Numbered from the stretch's first letter, positions 1 to 10,175 are shown. The stretch is 64,000 nt of DNA from an uncultured Candidatus Saccharibacteria bacterium (GCA_964559575.1 CAZLGQ010000001.1:7067-71066); one strand, 5' to 3'. Notes: generated by a model not told the origin, from the sequence alone. Numbers and translations are program-made.

Positions 1-652
1 AATCTACGTATGTCTTAATCGGATAAGGGTCAGGTTTAGTAAGTTTGAATTCACATCCCCAATAGATATATTTATTAAGATCAAATGGTATATATTTAAC
101 ATAATCTTCAACCTCATAAATTTCGGCATCCGGATACTGTGAATAAACCGCTGATTCTATATGTCGCCTCCATTCTTTTCTCATCCAGATAAAAAACCTT
201 ATTTCACCTTCAAAAGAAACCATTTCTAATGAAAACCAAGGTCTGGTTTTGCCATTTCTCCATTTATCTATTAACCCTCCTTCCCCTCCGGGTTGATGAA
301 AAGATTCTAATAATAACTCCATTGCTATAAGGGGTTTATTAACATTTTTTGGTATTTTTATTTCAATAACCGTTGATTCTTGGTTTAAAATAAAAGAGAC
401 CCTTTTGTAAGTTAAATAGGTGTTAATTGCCGCCATGGTAAAAACCATAGGAAAAAAGATTATTAGTATAAGAATAATGATCTTTAGTAGAAGTTCTAAA
501 TTACCGGTTGTAAATATAGTTGCCATCCATAAAAATAAAATAAGGATCAATGGAGATACCCAAATTAAAAAATAAACAACGTTCCTGATTATCTTATCAG
601 TATTATTAGGATCTTCTTTTTTATCTTTTGATTTTTCAGATGACTCCGGCAT
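1..652 (-). CDS. Conserved CPR-type membrane protein, runs off the left edge (partial)
   Basis: Not in the ORF track; ATG at 652 reads MPESSEKSKDKK..., with two hydrophobic segments then IEIKIPK, PWFSLEMVSFEGEIRFFIW, IESAVYSQYPDAEIYEVEDY, PYPIKTY; open to position 1. I associate these motifs with Patescibacteria proteins linked to T4SS-like ATPase loci. Confidence 0.7.
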   Translation of the reverse strand, partial: MPESSEKSKDKKEDPNNTDKIIRNVVYFLIWVSPLILILFLWMATIFTTGNLELLLKIIILILIIFFPMVFTMAAINTYLTYKRVSFILNQESTVIEIKIPKNVNKPLIAMELLLESFHQPGGEGGLIDKWRNGKTRPWFSLEMVSFEGEIRFFIWMRKEWRRHIESAVYSQYPDAEIYEVEDYVKYIPFDLNKYIYWGCEFKLTKPDPYPIKTYVD

Positions 653-660
653 GTCTGCCT

Positions 661-1701
661 TTATTTTACCACATGATAGTAACCATTTTCATCTCTAACA
701 AAGAAATGATCATTTTGTAAATTAACAAAGACAGTATTTTCTCTTACAAAACGTTCTTTTAAAACATTTTGAACTATTTCATCTGCGGTTAAAGGACCTT
801 TTTCTTCTAAGATCTTTTTAATAACATCTCTTACAACACCCTCAGAATAACCCCATTCCTTGAGAGCATATAACCCTCTACCAACTAAAACAAAACGAGG
901 ATCTTTTATTAGTTCATTGTGTGTGGTTGCAATGTGAGCTTTTTTATTAAAAATTTCTTCTATGGTTTTAGCTACCTCTCTAAAATGTGTAGGCTCTCCT
1001 TTTTTTCTTAATACTAAAAATGCATAGTCACGCATTCCCTTGGTGTATATATTATTTGAAGTAACTCTACCCCACTCTCCTAATGGATTTTTATCTATTT
1101 TTTTGGAAATGGATAACCATCTTCTAGCTATTTCTTCATTTTTATATTCTTCCGAAACATCTTCTAAATAGTTAAGAAACTTTTTTATTATATCAGGTTC
1201 AGATATAAGATCGTCATCTGATAAACTCTGGTAAAGTTTATTTAAAGAATTGTGTATTTTGTTTGATAGTTCCGGATCTATATGCCAACGGTGTTTAAAG
1301 TTTTCGTCTTCTTTTTCTTTATTAAAATAGTCATCTAAATATAAAAGAAAATGATAAAAGTTTTGAGTTGATTTATCTTTTGCAAGAAATTCAAGAAGAT
1401 CTGCTTCAGATACAACTTTTCCCAAGTTTTTTATAATACTATTCAGTTCATCAAATACGTGTGAGTATTTTTTGTATTCTTTAGATGATTTTATTATTGA
1501 AATAGAATTTTTTTCTATCTGACGGACACGTTCTCTAGTTATGCCATATTTTTTACCAATAGCTTCCAAGGTTTTTCTATTGGTGCTTTTTCCAAGACCG
1601 TGTCTTTCTACAATAACGTCCCTCCCCCTTTCTGATAAGGGTTGTAAAAGGTTTTTAACTACCTGTTTGGGTTTAAAAGTTACAGTAGAGATCTTAGGCA
1701 T
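661..1701 (-). CDS. Sigma-70 region 4 HTH fused to C-terminal winged-HTH (HARE-HTH / RNAP delta-like) domains
   Basis: N-terminal TLEAIGKKYGITRERVRQIE (sigma r4); C-terminal HNELIKDPRFVLVGRGLYALKEWG. Confidence 0.75.
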   Translation of the reverse strand: MPKISTVTFKPKQVVKNLLQPLSERGRDVIVERHGLGKSTNRKTLEAIGKKYGITRERVRQIEKNSISIIKSSKEYKKYSHVFDELNSIIKNLGKVVSEADLLEFLAKDKSTQNFYHFLLYLDDYFNKEKEDENFKHRWHIDPELSNKIHNSLNKLYQSLSDDDLISEPDIIKKFLNYLEDVSEEYKNEEIARRWLSISKKIDKNPLGEWGRVTSNNIYTKGMRDYAFLVLRKKGEPTHFREVAKTIEEIFNKKAHIATTHNELIKDPRFVLVGRGLYALKEWGYSEGVVRDVIKKILEEKGPLTADEIVQNVLKERFVRENTVFVNLQNDHFFVRDENGYYHVVK

Positions 1702-1820
1702 GTATTTATTATTAAATATTTATTTTAATTAATCAATCGGGATAATTATTTTAGTTAAGTTTTTCTTTTTAAATTTAAAAGAAATTTATACCATATATAA
1801 AAAAATTTTTCAAATTTAGC

Positions 1821-4800
1821 TTATATGATAATATTTATGATCCTGTTGGGAACAAAGAATACTTTTTTTATTTCTTTACCATTACACCATTTTGAAAAGA
1901 CTGGGGTTTTTTTAACCTCATCTAAAACGGTTTTTTCTTTAGAGTCTCTAGGTAGTTCTATACTACCTCTTGTTTTTCCATTTATTTGAAATATTATTTT
2001 TACATTTTCTTTTAATAGTACATCAGGGTTATATTTGGGCCAGTTTTTTTTATGAATTGAAGTTCTATTCCCAAGTGTTTCCCATATTTCTTCGGTTATA
2101 TGTGGAGCAAAAGGTGCTAAAAGAATTAAAAGATTTTCAAGATTTTCTTTTTTGATTTCTTCTTTTTCATCCATTAAATTAACCAAGATCATAAGAGAAG
2201 ATATTGCAGTATTGAAAGAAAAAGATTCAATATCTTCATTTACTTTTTTAATGGTTTTATGTAATGCGGTTTTTGTTTTTGTATCATTATTTTTATTTAA
2301 AGATACCTTTTTAGATAAATTCCAAACTTTTTCCAAAAATCTATGTGCTCCAACCGGACCATTGATATTCCAAGCTACTTCACCTTCAAAGGGTCCCATG
2401 AACATTATATATATTCTAGCCGCATCGGCTCCAAAATTCTTTATAATATCATCCGGACTTACTATATTTCCCCAACGTTTACTCATTTTTCTTCCATCCG
2501 GACCCAGTATAAGACCTTGATTTCTAAGAGCTATAAATGGTTCTTTTGTACTTACTAAATTTTCTTCGTATAAAAATTTATGCCAAAAACGTGAATATAT
2601 TAGATGCCTGGTGGCATGTTCAACACCTCCAACATAAAGATCAACCGGCATCCAGTATTTTTCCTTTTTCTGAGAAACAAATTCTTTATTATTACTAGGA
2701 TCAATAAAACGAAGATAATACCAACAGGATCCCGCCCATTGTGGCATGGTATTGGTTTCTCTTTTAGCTGAAGATCCACAGTTAGGACACTCTGTTTCAA
2801 CCCATGAAGAAATATTGGCTAAAGGGGATTCTCCGGTACCGGTAGGTTCATATGACTTAACTTCCGGAAGCTTAATTGGAAGATCTTTTTCCGGAACCGG
2901 AACTACTCCACATTTCTCACAATGAATTAAAGGTATAGGTTCACCCCAGTAACGTTGTCTGGAAAAGACCCAATCTTTTAATTTGTATGTAATTTTTTTC
3001 TTTCCTTCAACTTTCTTTCTTATCATCTCTTTTGCTTTTTCGCTTTCGATACCGGAGAGGTCTTCCGAGTTGGCTAGAACCCCACTTCCGATATAAGCAA
3101 AATCACCTTCTTTTTTTAACCATTCCATCCAGATGTCTATCTCTGCACAGGTGAGAGATTTAGCGGTCTCTTGGTTAAATTCAAGCCACTCTATATCATG
3201 TTTTTCCATTTCTACCTTTGAAATTTTCTTTCTCCTATTGCTTTTTAATTTGAAATGAACTGCAGTGGTATATGCTTTTCTGTTCTCATTTTTATGAGCT
3301 GCGTGATAATGGGCTTCCACTTGAAAAGGTGTCATCTTTTGAAATTCAAGATCAGTATAACCGGTTTCTTCTTCCACCTCTCTCTTTGCCGCTTTTACTA
3401 TATCCTCTCCTTCTTCCACTCCTCCGACTATAAATGTTCTCCAATTGAACTTTTTCCATTTTAAAAAGAGCATTTTACCGGAATCCGGATCTTCTACTAT
3501 TACATGAACAGTTTTCCTCTCCACCGTCTTTTTACCTTTTATGGGTGGAGTATATTTATCGATCCTTTTTGGATAGATGACATAATTTATTGGTAGGCCT
3601 TTTTTCGAGGCGAAATCAAAATCTCTCTCATCGTGAGCCGGAACCGCCATTATGGCCCCGGTTCCGTGGTTAGAAAGAACATAATCAGCGATCCATATAG
3701 GTATTTTTTTACCATTAACAGGATTTATTGCGTTTATTCCTTTTATTTCCACTCCTGTTTTATTTTTTTCCTCAGAAGTTCTTTGTAATTCTGTTTTTCT
3801 TTTTGTTTTATTTATATAGTTTTTAATTTCTTGTTTATTTTCTACAAAACTCCAAATTTCTTGGATCTTTTGATGCTCCGGAGCCACTACCATATAAGTA
3901 GATCCATAAAGCGTATCCGGTCTGGTAGTAAATACCGGAAGTGAGTCAGTTAAAAGTTTTTTAAGAGCCTTTTTAACCGGTAAAAGATCTTCTATGTCTT
4001 CTTTACTTCCTCCGTCTATATGTTTTCCGGTTTCTTTTGATCTATAAAGTCCTCTTAGGGGAAAATTTGGATTCAATTTTCCTTTTCTTTTAGTTGTCAG
4101 TATGACCTCTCTTTTATTTTTTTTATTTTTTATATCACCATTTGGGGTTGATAAAACCCAAACATCTTGCCAGTAAGCTTCCACTTCTCCTCCGTGTTTT
4201 TTAGCTATATTAGTATAATAACTAACCATCTTTTTACTTATCTGTTCTTTTGATAGTTTATTCTGCTCTTCTTCAGTTAAAACATTTCTTTTTACTTTTA
4301 TAGGATTATTTTTTTCACCCTTTATGTAAAAACCGGTATCTCCTGCCAGGATTGGTAAATTTGTTTTTTCTCTATAAGCCAAAGCTTTCTTTTCAGCATT
4401 TTTTAAAAGAGATACGCCTCCCTCAATAACTTCTATTTCTTTTATTCCTTTTTCCTTGGGAGTAAAAACTTTAATATCTAAACCTTCTGAGTTTAAAAGT
4501 TCCTGAACTCTTTCTTTTTTGCTTGGATTGTTACTTGCCAGAAGTATTTCTTTATATATACATACAGGAAAATCTATTTCCACACCTTGACTTTTCCCTA
4601 TCCAGTTTTTTTGAGAGTCTTTGATTGAATCCGGCCATTTATCTAAGAGATCAAGATCTTTTAAAAGGTCTTCGGCATAATCGGTTATCTTTAAAACCCA
4701 CTGTCTTACTGGCTTCTGTTCTACCTCAGAGTCACATCTCTCACAAAGACCATTTTCCAGATCTTCATTTGCTAGCCCAGTTTTACAAGACGGACACCAA

Positions 4801-5270
4801 TTTATTGGTTCGTTTGATTCAAACGCTAGACCTTTTTTAAACATCTGCAAAAATATCCACTGAGTCCATTTATAGTACTCCGGATCTGTGGTATTTATTT
4901 CACGTTTCCAGTCATAAGAAAGACCGATACTTGATAATTGTTTTTTATATCTTTCAACATTTTTTTTAACAACTTTTTTAGGATGAGTTTTATTTTTTAA
5001 AGCATATCCTTCAGCGGGTAAACCAAAAGCGTCCCATCCCATTGGGTGTAAGACATTAAAACCTTTCATCCTTAAATATCTTGAATAGGTATCTGTTGGA
5101 ACATAATTACGCAAATGACCCGCGTGAATACCTTCTCCTGAAGGATAAGGAAACATATTTAAAATGTATTTTTTTTCTTTTTTATTGCTTTCTTTGGTGT
5201 GATATAGTTTTGCTTTTTCCCACTTTTCCTGCCATTTCTTTTCTATTCTTTTATGATTATATTTCTTCAT
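1821..5270 (-). CDS. leuS: Leucine--tRNA ligase with inserted Ham1/ITPase-like and Nudix domains
   Basis: MFPYPSGEGIHAGH, GWDAFGLPAE, FTTRPDT, GTGAIMAVPAHDERD, SRQRYWGEPIP, KMSKR; 1149 aa owing to two insertions. Confidence 0.97.
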   Translation of the reverse strand: MKKYNHKRIEKKWQEKWEKAKLYHTKESNKKEKKYILNMFPYPSGEGIHAGHLRNYVPTDTYSRYLRMKGFNVLHPMGWDAFGLPAEGYALKNKTHPKKVVKKNVERYKKQLSSIGLSYDWKREINTTDPEYYKWTQWIFLQMFKKGLAFESNEPINWCPSCKTGLANEDLENGLCERCDSEVEQKPVRQWVLKITDYAEDLLKDLDLLDKWPDSIKDSQKNWIGKSQGVEIDFPVCIYKEILLASNNPSKKERVQELLNSEGLDIKVFTPKEKGIKEIEVIEGGVSLLKNAEKKALAYREKTNLPILAGDTGFYIKGEKNNPIKVKRNVLTEEEQNKLSKEQISKKMVSYYTNIAKKHGGEVEAYWQDVWVLSTPNGDIKNKKNKREVILTTKRKGKLNPNFPLRGLYRSKETGKHIDGGSKEDIEDLLPVKKALKKLLTDSLPVFTTRPDTLYGSTYMVVAPEHQKIQEIWSFVENKQEIKNYINKTKRKTELQRTSEEKNKTGVEIKGINAINPVNGKKIPIWIADYVLSNHGTGAIMAVPAHDERDFDFASKKGLPINYVIYPKRIDKYTPPIKGKKTVERKTVHVIVEDPDSGKMLFLKWKKFNWRTFIVGGVEEGEDIVKAAKREVEEETGYTDLEFQKMTPFQVEAHYHAAHKNENRKAYTTAVHFKLKSNRRKKISKVEMEKHDIEWLEFNQETAKSLTCAEIDIWMEWLKKEGDFAYIGSGVLANSEDLSGIESEKAKEMIRKKVEGKKKITYKLKDWVFSRQRYWGEPIPLIHCEKCGVVPVPEKDLPIKLPEVKSYEPTGTGESPLANISSWVETECPNCGSSAKRETNTMPQWAGSCWYYLRFIDPSNNKEFVSQKKEKYWMPVDLYVGGVEHATRHLIYSRFWHKFLYEENLVSTKEPFIALRNQGLILGPDGRKMSKRWGNIVSPDDIIKNFGADAARIYIMFMGPFEGEVAWNINGPVGAHRFLEKVWNLSKKVSLNKNNDTKTKTALHKTIKKVNEDIESFSFNTAISSLMILVNLMDEKEEIKKENLENLLILLAPFAPHITEEIWETLGNRTSIHKKNWPKYNPDVLLKENVKIIFQINGKTRGSIELPRDSKEKTVLDEVKKTPVFSKWCNGKEIKKVFFVPNRIINIII

Positions 5271-5357
5271 GGATCTTAATTTTCATCAAATATCAATTTT
5301 AATATAATACATTAAAAAAGAGATTGTGACAAATTATTATAGTATTTAATAAAAACA

Positions 5358-5879
5358 TTATATCTCCCTGGAATCATAAGCCCAATGTAAAATAGCTTGA
5401 CGTTGTTTAGGTCTACATGTCAGATCCCCAAAACGACAGTTTTTACTTACTTGGGCAATATGTCTACTGATCTGTTTCCATCTTTTAATCTGTCTTTTAT
5501 CCTCTTCTAAAAGGCGTCTTCCTAAGTAATATCTACAGTACCACTGAAACCAACCTCTGGGATCATGTTTTTCATTTATCCATCCTTTTTTTCTCCAATA
5601 TGACAGAGGTTGGCTTGCATTTATCTTAAAATAATTAAGATCGGGATCATGTCTTTTGGAGCAAAGTTTGGCGTTTTTAAACCAAGATTTTGGAAACTCC
5701 TTTTTACAGTCAGTCATATATTTACCTCCAAACACCCCCATTTCAAGCATTTTTTTAGGAGAAAGATCAGGCGTAAAATCAGGATCAAAATTTTTACCTA
5801 TGGGTTCTGTTAATTTATAGGTATAACCTTTTTGCATCAGATCATTTACTTTTATTATTTTTTCTTTTTTATTGAACAT
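5358..5879 (-). CDS. Conserved uncharacterised protein
   Basis: Motif-rich: MLEMGVFGGKY, DPRGWFQWYCRYYLGRR, RQIKRW, RQAILHWAYD. Confidence 0.75.
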   Translation of the reverse strand: MFNKKEKIIKVNDLMQKGYTYKLTEPIGKNFDPDFTPDLSPKKMLEMGVFGGKYMTDCKKEFPKSWFKNAKLCSKRHDPDLNYFKINASQPLSYWRKKGWINEKHDPRGWFQWYCRYYLGRRLLEEDKRQIKRWKQISRHIAQVSKNCRFGDLTCRPKQRQAILHWAYDSREI

Positions 5880-6318
5880 AATTTAATAGATACCAAACAA
5901 AAAGAAAAACAAAACTCCACCAAGTAGTAAAAGATACAATAAAACTGATTGTAATATACTTTTGAATTTTTCTAGGTAAAAGTTCTCCGGATCTTTTTTC
6001 TTTTTCTTTTTTTAAAAGATAGGGACTTATATAAAAAGATAAAAAAGCTCCATTAATGACAAGTATTAGAATCATAAAAAGCTGTATCACAGGGATCCAT
6101 GTTATATAATTTTGAGAATAAAAAACTACACCACCGATCAAAGTTAAAAAGGTTCCGATCCATATTAGAGGTTTGGTTACTTTATGAGTTCTGATGGTTG
6201 ATTCAGTCCAATAAGATGAATTTCTTCCTAAAAATCCATGTATATCTATAACAGTAACAGCTCCTAGAGCTATTATTAAACCGGCTATAAATATAAATAG
6301 TCCTAAAAATTCTACCAT
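5869..6318 (-). CDS. Integral membrane protein (about 4 TM)
   Basis: Four hydrophobic stretches; operon-like spacing with xseB and the next gene. Confidence 0.7.
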   Translation of the reverse strand: MVEFLGLFIFIAGLIIALGAVTVIDIHGFLGRNSSYWTESTIRTHKVTKPLIWIGTFLTLIGGVVFYSQNYITWIPVIQLFMILILVINGAFLSFYISPYLLKKEKEKRSGELLPRKIQKYITISFIVSFTTWWSFVFLFVWYLLNYVQ

Positions 6319-6325
6319 TTATTTT

Positions 6326-6544
6326 TTATTCCTCTTCTAAATTTTTTTCAATATCACTTTTTATTTCTTCAAATTCGTTCTCTATTTCTTTTAGCCTACC
6401 CTTGCTTTCTTTGACTATTTTAGCTGCTTCTTTAACTTTTTTTAAACCCTCTTCAACATCAACTTCTTTTTGATTCTCAAACCAATCAGCTATTTCTGAA
6501 AGTTTTGATAAATTTTTATTAAGATCTATTTTTTTATTTGTCAT
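6326..6544 (-). CDS. xseB: Exodeoxyribonuclease VII small subunit
   Basis: 72 aa helical protein directly downstream of xseA; LSEIADWFE...DVEEGLKKVKEA pattern. Confidence 0.9.
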   Translation of the reverse strand: MTNKKIDLNKNLSKLSEIADWFENQKEVDVEEGLKKVKEAAKIVKESKGRLKEIENEFEEIKSDIEKNLEEE

Positions 6545-6548
6545 ATTT

Positions 6549-7883
6549 TTATTTTATTTTTTTAATTTTTGAAATTATATCTCCATCATAAATTTTAACA
6601 TTAATTTCTTCACCGATCTTTAATTCTTTTTTGCTTTTTATGACCCTGCCTTTTTTCATTGTTATACTATAACCTAATTTCATCTGTTTTTTAGGATCAT
6701 TGGTTTGAATAAAACGATAAATATCATTTATTTTATTTAAGGAAATATCTAGGTTATTGAAAAAACCAAGTAAACTTTTTTTATATAGATCATTTATTTT
6801 CTTTGTTTTTATTATTTCAATATTCTTAGCGAGGGATCTTTCAATAAATATTAATCTATATTTTAAGTCTTTTTTGTTTTCATATATTTTTTGATTTAAA
6901 AACTGGGTAGATAAATAAATTCTATACTCATATTCTTTATATTTTTTAAAAATAGAATTCATTACACTGTTTGCTGAATTAAAACCCTCTTCTATTTCTT
7001 TTAAGGTTTTTTTAATAACTTTTTTATATTGATCTGAAATACTTTTTTCAAGTTCTTCTATTTTTTTGTCTGCTTCGTTCCAAGATTTGCCTATAACAGA
7101 AGCAACCATTGAAGGGGTTGATTCAGATATATCTGCCGCTAAGGCGGAAAGTGGAACATCTTGATGGTGTCCAATTCCTACAATTACAGGCTTGGGAAAT
7201 GAAACGATCTCTCTTACTAATGATTTATTATCAAAACCGGCAAGTGATTGCATTGACCCCCCTCCTCTAATTAAAACTAAAACATCTATATCTTCTTTTT
7301 TAAAAGCTCTAACAGACAAAGTTAAATTTCTTCCTGATTCAGGCCCTTCAACCGGTGAATGTAATATCTTAATTTTAAAGCCTGATTTTCTTAAGTTATT
7401 ACTAAAATCATGAATAGCTTCTCCGCGTATAGAAGTAATGACACCTATTTTTTTAGGAAAATCAGGAAGGGGTCTTTTTTTATTTTCATCAAATAGACCT
7501 TCTGTTGAAAGTTTCTTTTTTAATTTATCGTAGGCTTTTTTTAACTGTCCTTCTCCAACTAATTGGAATGACTTTATATGAAAAGAGAGTTTTCCAAAAG
7601 GACCATAAAACTCGGGGTATCCCTTTGCCATTATCTCCGCGCCCACTTCAAGTTCAACACCATTTAATACATAATCACTAGCCCACATTGTACACGGTAA
7701 AATATCACCCGTTTCTTTGTCTTTTATGACCGGATAGGCATGCCCTCTTGAAGACATTTTCATTTCACTTACTTCACCGATTATATCTATTTTTAAATTT
7801 CTTATTTTTGAGTTTAAAAGAGAGATAAATTTAGAAACGGTAAATACTTCATTACTATTATTTTCAAATTCTTCAATTTCCAT
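6549..7883 (-). CDS. xseA: Exodeoxyribonuclease VII large subunit
   Basis: OB fold GEVSE..SSRGHAY; EGLFD..KRPLP.FPKKIGVITS; LIRGGGS; VGIGH; STPS. Confidence 0.95.
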   Translation of the reverse strand: MEIEEFENNSNEVFTVSKFISLLNSKIRNLKIDIIGEVSEMKMSSRGHAYPVIKDKETGDILPCTMWASDYVLNGVELEVGAEIMAKGYPEFYGPFGKLSFHIKSFQLVGEGQLKKAYDKLKKKLSTEGLFDENKKRPLPDFPKKIGVITSIRGEAIHDFSNNLRKSGFKIKILHSPVEGPESGRNLTLSVRAFKKEDIDVLVLIRGGGSMQSLAGFDNKSLVREIVSFPKPVIVGIGHHQDVPLSALAADISESTPSMVASVIGKSWNEADKKIEELEKSISDQYKKVIKKTLKEIEEGFNSANSVMNSIFKKYKEYEYRIYLSTQFLNQKIYENKKDLKYRLIFIERSLAKNIEIIKTKKINDLYKKSLLGFFNNLDISLNKINDIYRFIQTNDPKKQMKLGYSITMKKGRVIKSKKELKIGEEINVKIYDGDIISKIKKIK

Positions 7884-7952
7884 TTTTATTTAAAAATAAA
7901 TTTCTTGATTATTTTTATAATATAAAATTTTTAAATTAAATTGTATTGTTTT

Positions 7953-8813
7953 TTAAAAACCCTCATTAAAAGAAGAAGGATCTTCTAAAATTTCTTTTAT
8001 AACCCTCGGAAAGAAATTAAAAACATCGCTTGCTATCATTGATTCCCCAAATTTTTCGGAAGCCATGTCTCCTGCTTTACCGTTTATATAGCTTCCAAGA
8101 TAAGCCAAATCTAAAATATTAAAAGATTTTCTTGCCAAAAGTGCCCCACATACTCCTGCTAAGGTATCACCAAAACCACCTTTGGTCATAAAGGAATTTC
8201 CGGTTTTGTTTTTTAAGGTTTTTTCCCCGTTTGAAATTATATCCACCCTAGATTTTAATAGAATAGTGCTATTTAATATTTGAGCTATTTTTTTTGCTTC
8301 TTCTTCTCTACTATTTTCATTTTCAGAAGGATAGTAACCAGAAATGGATTTGAACTCATCTAAATGAGGTGTAAAAATAGCAGTTTTTTCTTTCACAATA
8401 TCAGTATCTTCAGCAATAGCTCTTATTGCTTCGGCATCTATTACCATTGGTATTTTAATTTCTTTTATTATCTCTCTAATGGCTGTAAAAGTTTCCGGAG
8501 ATCTATCTAATCCTCCGCCAATGATCAATGAATCAAAATTTTTTGATTCATTTATTACCAAAGATATATCTTTTTGAGAAAGTTCATTTTCCAAAGGTAT
8601 AGATATAATATCCGGTAAAAACAAAGAAGTATTAAAAGCTGCTCTTTTATGAGAAATAACAGTAACCAAATCAGCGCCTGTACGAAGAGCAGAAACAGCA
8701 TTAAAAATTGGAGAACCGGTATATCTTTCACTTCCGGCAATTATAAGAACTTTTCCAAAATCACCCTTGTGTGAAGAAGGTGATCTTTTAGGGTAAATAC
8801 TATTTATATCCAT
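7953..8813 (-). CDS. nnrD: ADP-dependent NAD(P)H-hydrate dehydratase
   Basis: SHKGDFGKVLIIAGSERYTG, GADLV, VIDAEA, TPHLDEF, KGGFGDTLAG. Confidence 0.9.
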   Translation of the reverse strand: MDINSIYPKRSPSSHKGDFGKVLIIAGSERYTGSPIFNAVSALRTGADLVTVISHKRAAFNTSLFLPDIISIPLENELSQKDISLVINESKNFDSLIIGGGLDRSPETFTAIREIIKEIKIPMVIDAEAIRAIAEDTDIVKEKTAIFTPHLDEFKSISGYYPSENENSREEEAKKIAQILNSTILLKSRVDIISNGEKTLKNKTGNSFMTKGGFGDTLAGVCGALLARKSFNILDLAYLGSYINGKAGDMASEKFGESMIASDVFNFFPRVIKEILEDPSSFNEGF

Positions 8814-8868
8814 AGTAGTATTTTAACTTCAATTTACCACTTCTCAAAATTAATTAAACTAAATATAA

Positions 8869-9975
8869 TTATATTTTAAATTCTATAACATCTCCATCTT
8901 TTACTACGTACTGTTTCCCTTCAGTTCTAATAAGTCCTTTTTCTCTGGCTTGAGCTTTTGAACCACTTGAGAGAAGTTTATCCCATTCTATGATATCGGC
9001 TTTTATAAATTTATCATGAAAATCAGAATGAATAGCTCTACCTGCTTGAGGAGCTGTAGATCCTGCTTTAATATCCCAAGCTCTGGTTTCTTTTTCACCG
9101 GTAGTAAAAAAGGTTATTAAGTTTAACATCTCATATCCTTTCTTTATTAGATCTTCTATTCCACCATTTTCTTCTCCACTTATCTCTTTTCTAAAAGCAA
9201 TTTTTTCTTCTCCATAAATTCCGGTAAGTTCTAATTCTGAAGCTGCATCTATCTCTATAATTGGTGCGTTAGGAGTATTGTACTCAATTGCAGACATTAG
9301 AGTAGGAAGTCTTTCATCTACAACATCAGTAATATTTCTATAACCTGTTTTTTTATTAAAAGCATACATCATCTTTTTACAGGTTAATAGATGAAGATCA
9401 GAAATTAATTCCTGTTCTTCTACAGAGAGGTCTTTTGATGATACGAAACGTCCTTCTTGAAGAACCGATAAAACTTTATCTAAAACCTCAGCTTCTTTTT
9501 TAATTTCAGGATCACCTTTTTTAAGATCTTTTTCCATTTTGATCTTTCTCTTATTCACAGACTGAATGTCTGCCATTATAAGTTCCAAATTAATAGTTTC
9601 TACATCCTGTCTTGGATCAACGGCACCTGATACATGTATTACATCACTGTCTTCAAAAACTCTTACTACATGAAGAATAACATCTACCTCTCTAACATTA
9701 CTTAAAAACTCATTACCTAAACCTTCTCCTTCCGAGGCGCCTTTTATTAAACCGGCTATATCAACAAACTGTGCTCCGGCCGGTATTGTTTTCTGTGAAT
9801 TAGAAAAATCACTTAAACGATTTAAACGAATATCAGGAACAGCCACTACTCCAACAGATGGATCAATAGTACAAAATGGATAATTTTCAGCCGGTACTGA
9901 TTTTTCAGTTAAAGCATTGAAAAGAGTTGATTTTCCTACATTTGGAAGCCCTACTATTCCGATTGAAAGTGACAT
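8869..9975 (-). CDS. ychF: Ribosome-binding ATPase YchF
   Basis: GIVGLPNVGKSTLFNALT, NYPFCTIDP, DIAGLIKGASEGEGLGN, AGRAIHSDF, EGKQYVVKDGDVIEF. Confidence 0.97.
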   Translation of the reverse strand: MSLSIGIVGLPNVGKSTLFNALTEKSVPAENYPFCTIDPSVGVVAVPDIRLNRLSDFSNSQKTIPAGAQFVDIAGLIKGASEGEGLGNEFLSNVREVDVILHVVRVFEDSDVIHVSGAVDPRQDVETINLELIMADIQSVNKRKIKMEKDLKKGDPEIKKEAEVLDKVLSVLQEGRFVSSKDLSVEEQELISDLHLLTCKKMMYAFNKKTGYRNITDVVDERLPTLMSAIEYNTPNAPIIEIDAASELELTGIYGEEKIAFRKEISGEENGGIEDLIKKGYEMLNLITFFTTGEKETRAWDIKAGSTAPQAGRAIHSDFHDKFIKADIIEWDKLLSSGSKAQAREKGLIRTEGKQYVVKDGDVIEFKI

Positions 9976-10022
9976 ATGACCCTAAATCATATCAGTAAGA
10001 TATAATTATGCAATATTTTTAA

Positions 10023-10175
10023 TTAAATATTTCCTAATAATATTAAAACAATAATAACTATAACTGTAACCCAGATCAAAAATCCTAGACCAAATCCAAA
10101 TCCCAATTTAACAGACTCCCATACACCGAATTTCATTTTCAATTTGATATTTCTTGTGGTATTTTTTTCTTCCAT
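10023..10175 (-). CDS. Small single-TM membrane protein
   Basis: Likely start ATG 10175 (MEEKN), which avoids overlap with the Nudix gene; GFGFGLGF followed by a hydrophobic tail. Confidence 0.55.
   Translation of the reverse strand: MEEKNTTRNIKLKMKFGVWESVKLGFGFGLGFLIWVTVIVIIVLILLGNI

Noticed and set aside
5271-5357. T-box leaders upstream of leuS, cysS, trpS and tyrS
   Set aside because: Upstream gaps are short and AT-rich and lack the GGTGGNACCGCG T-box motif
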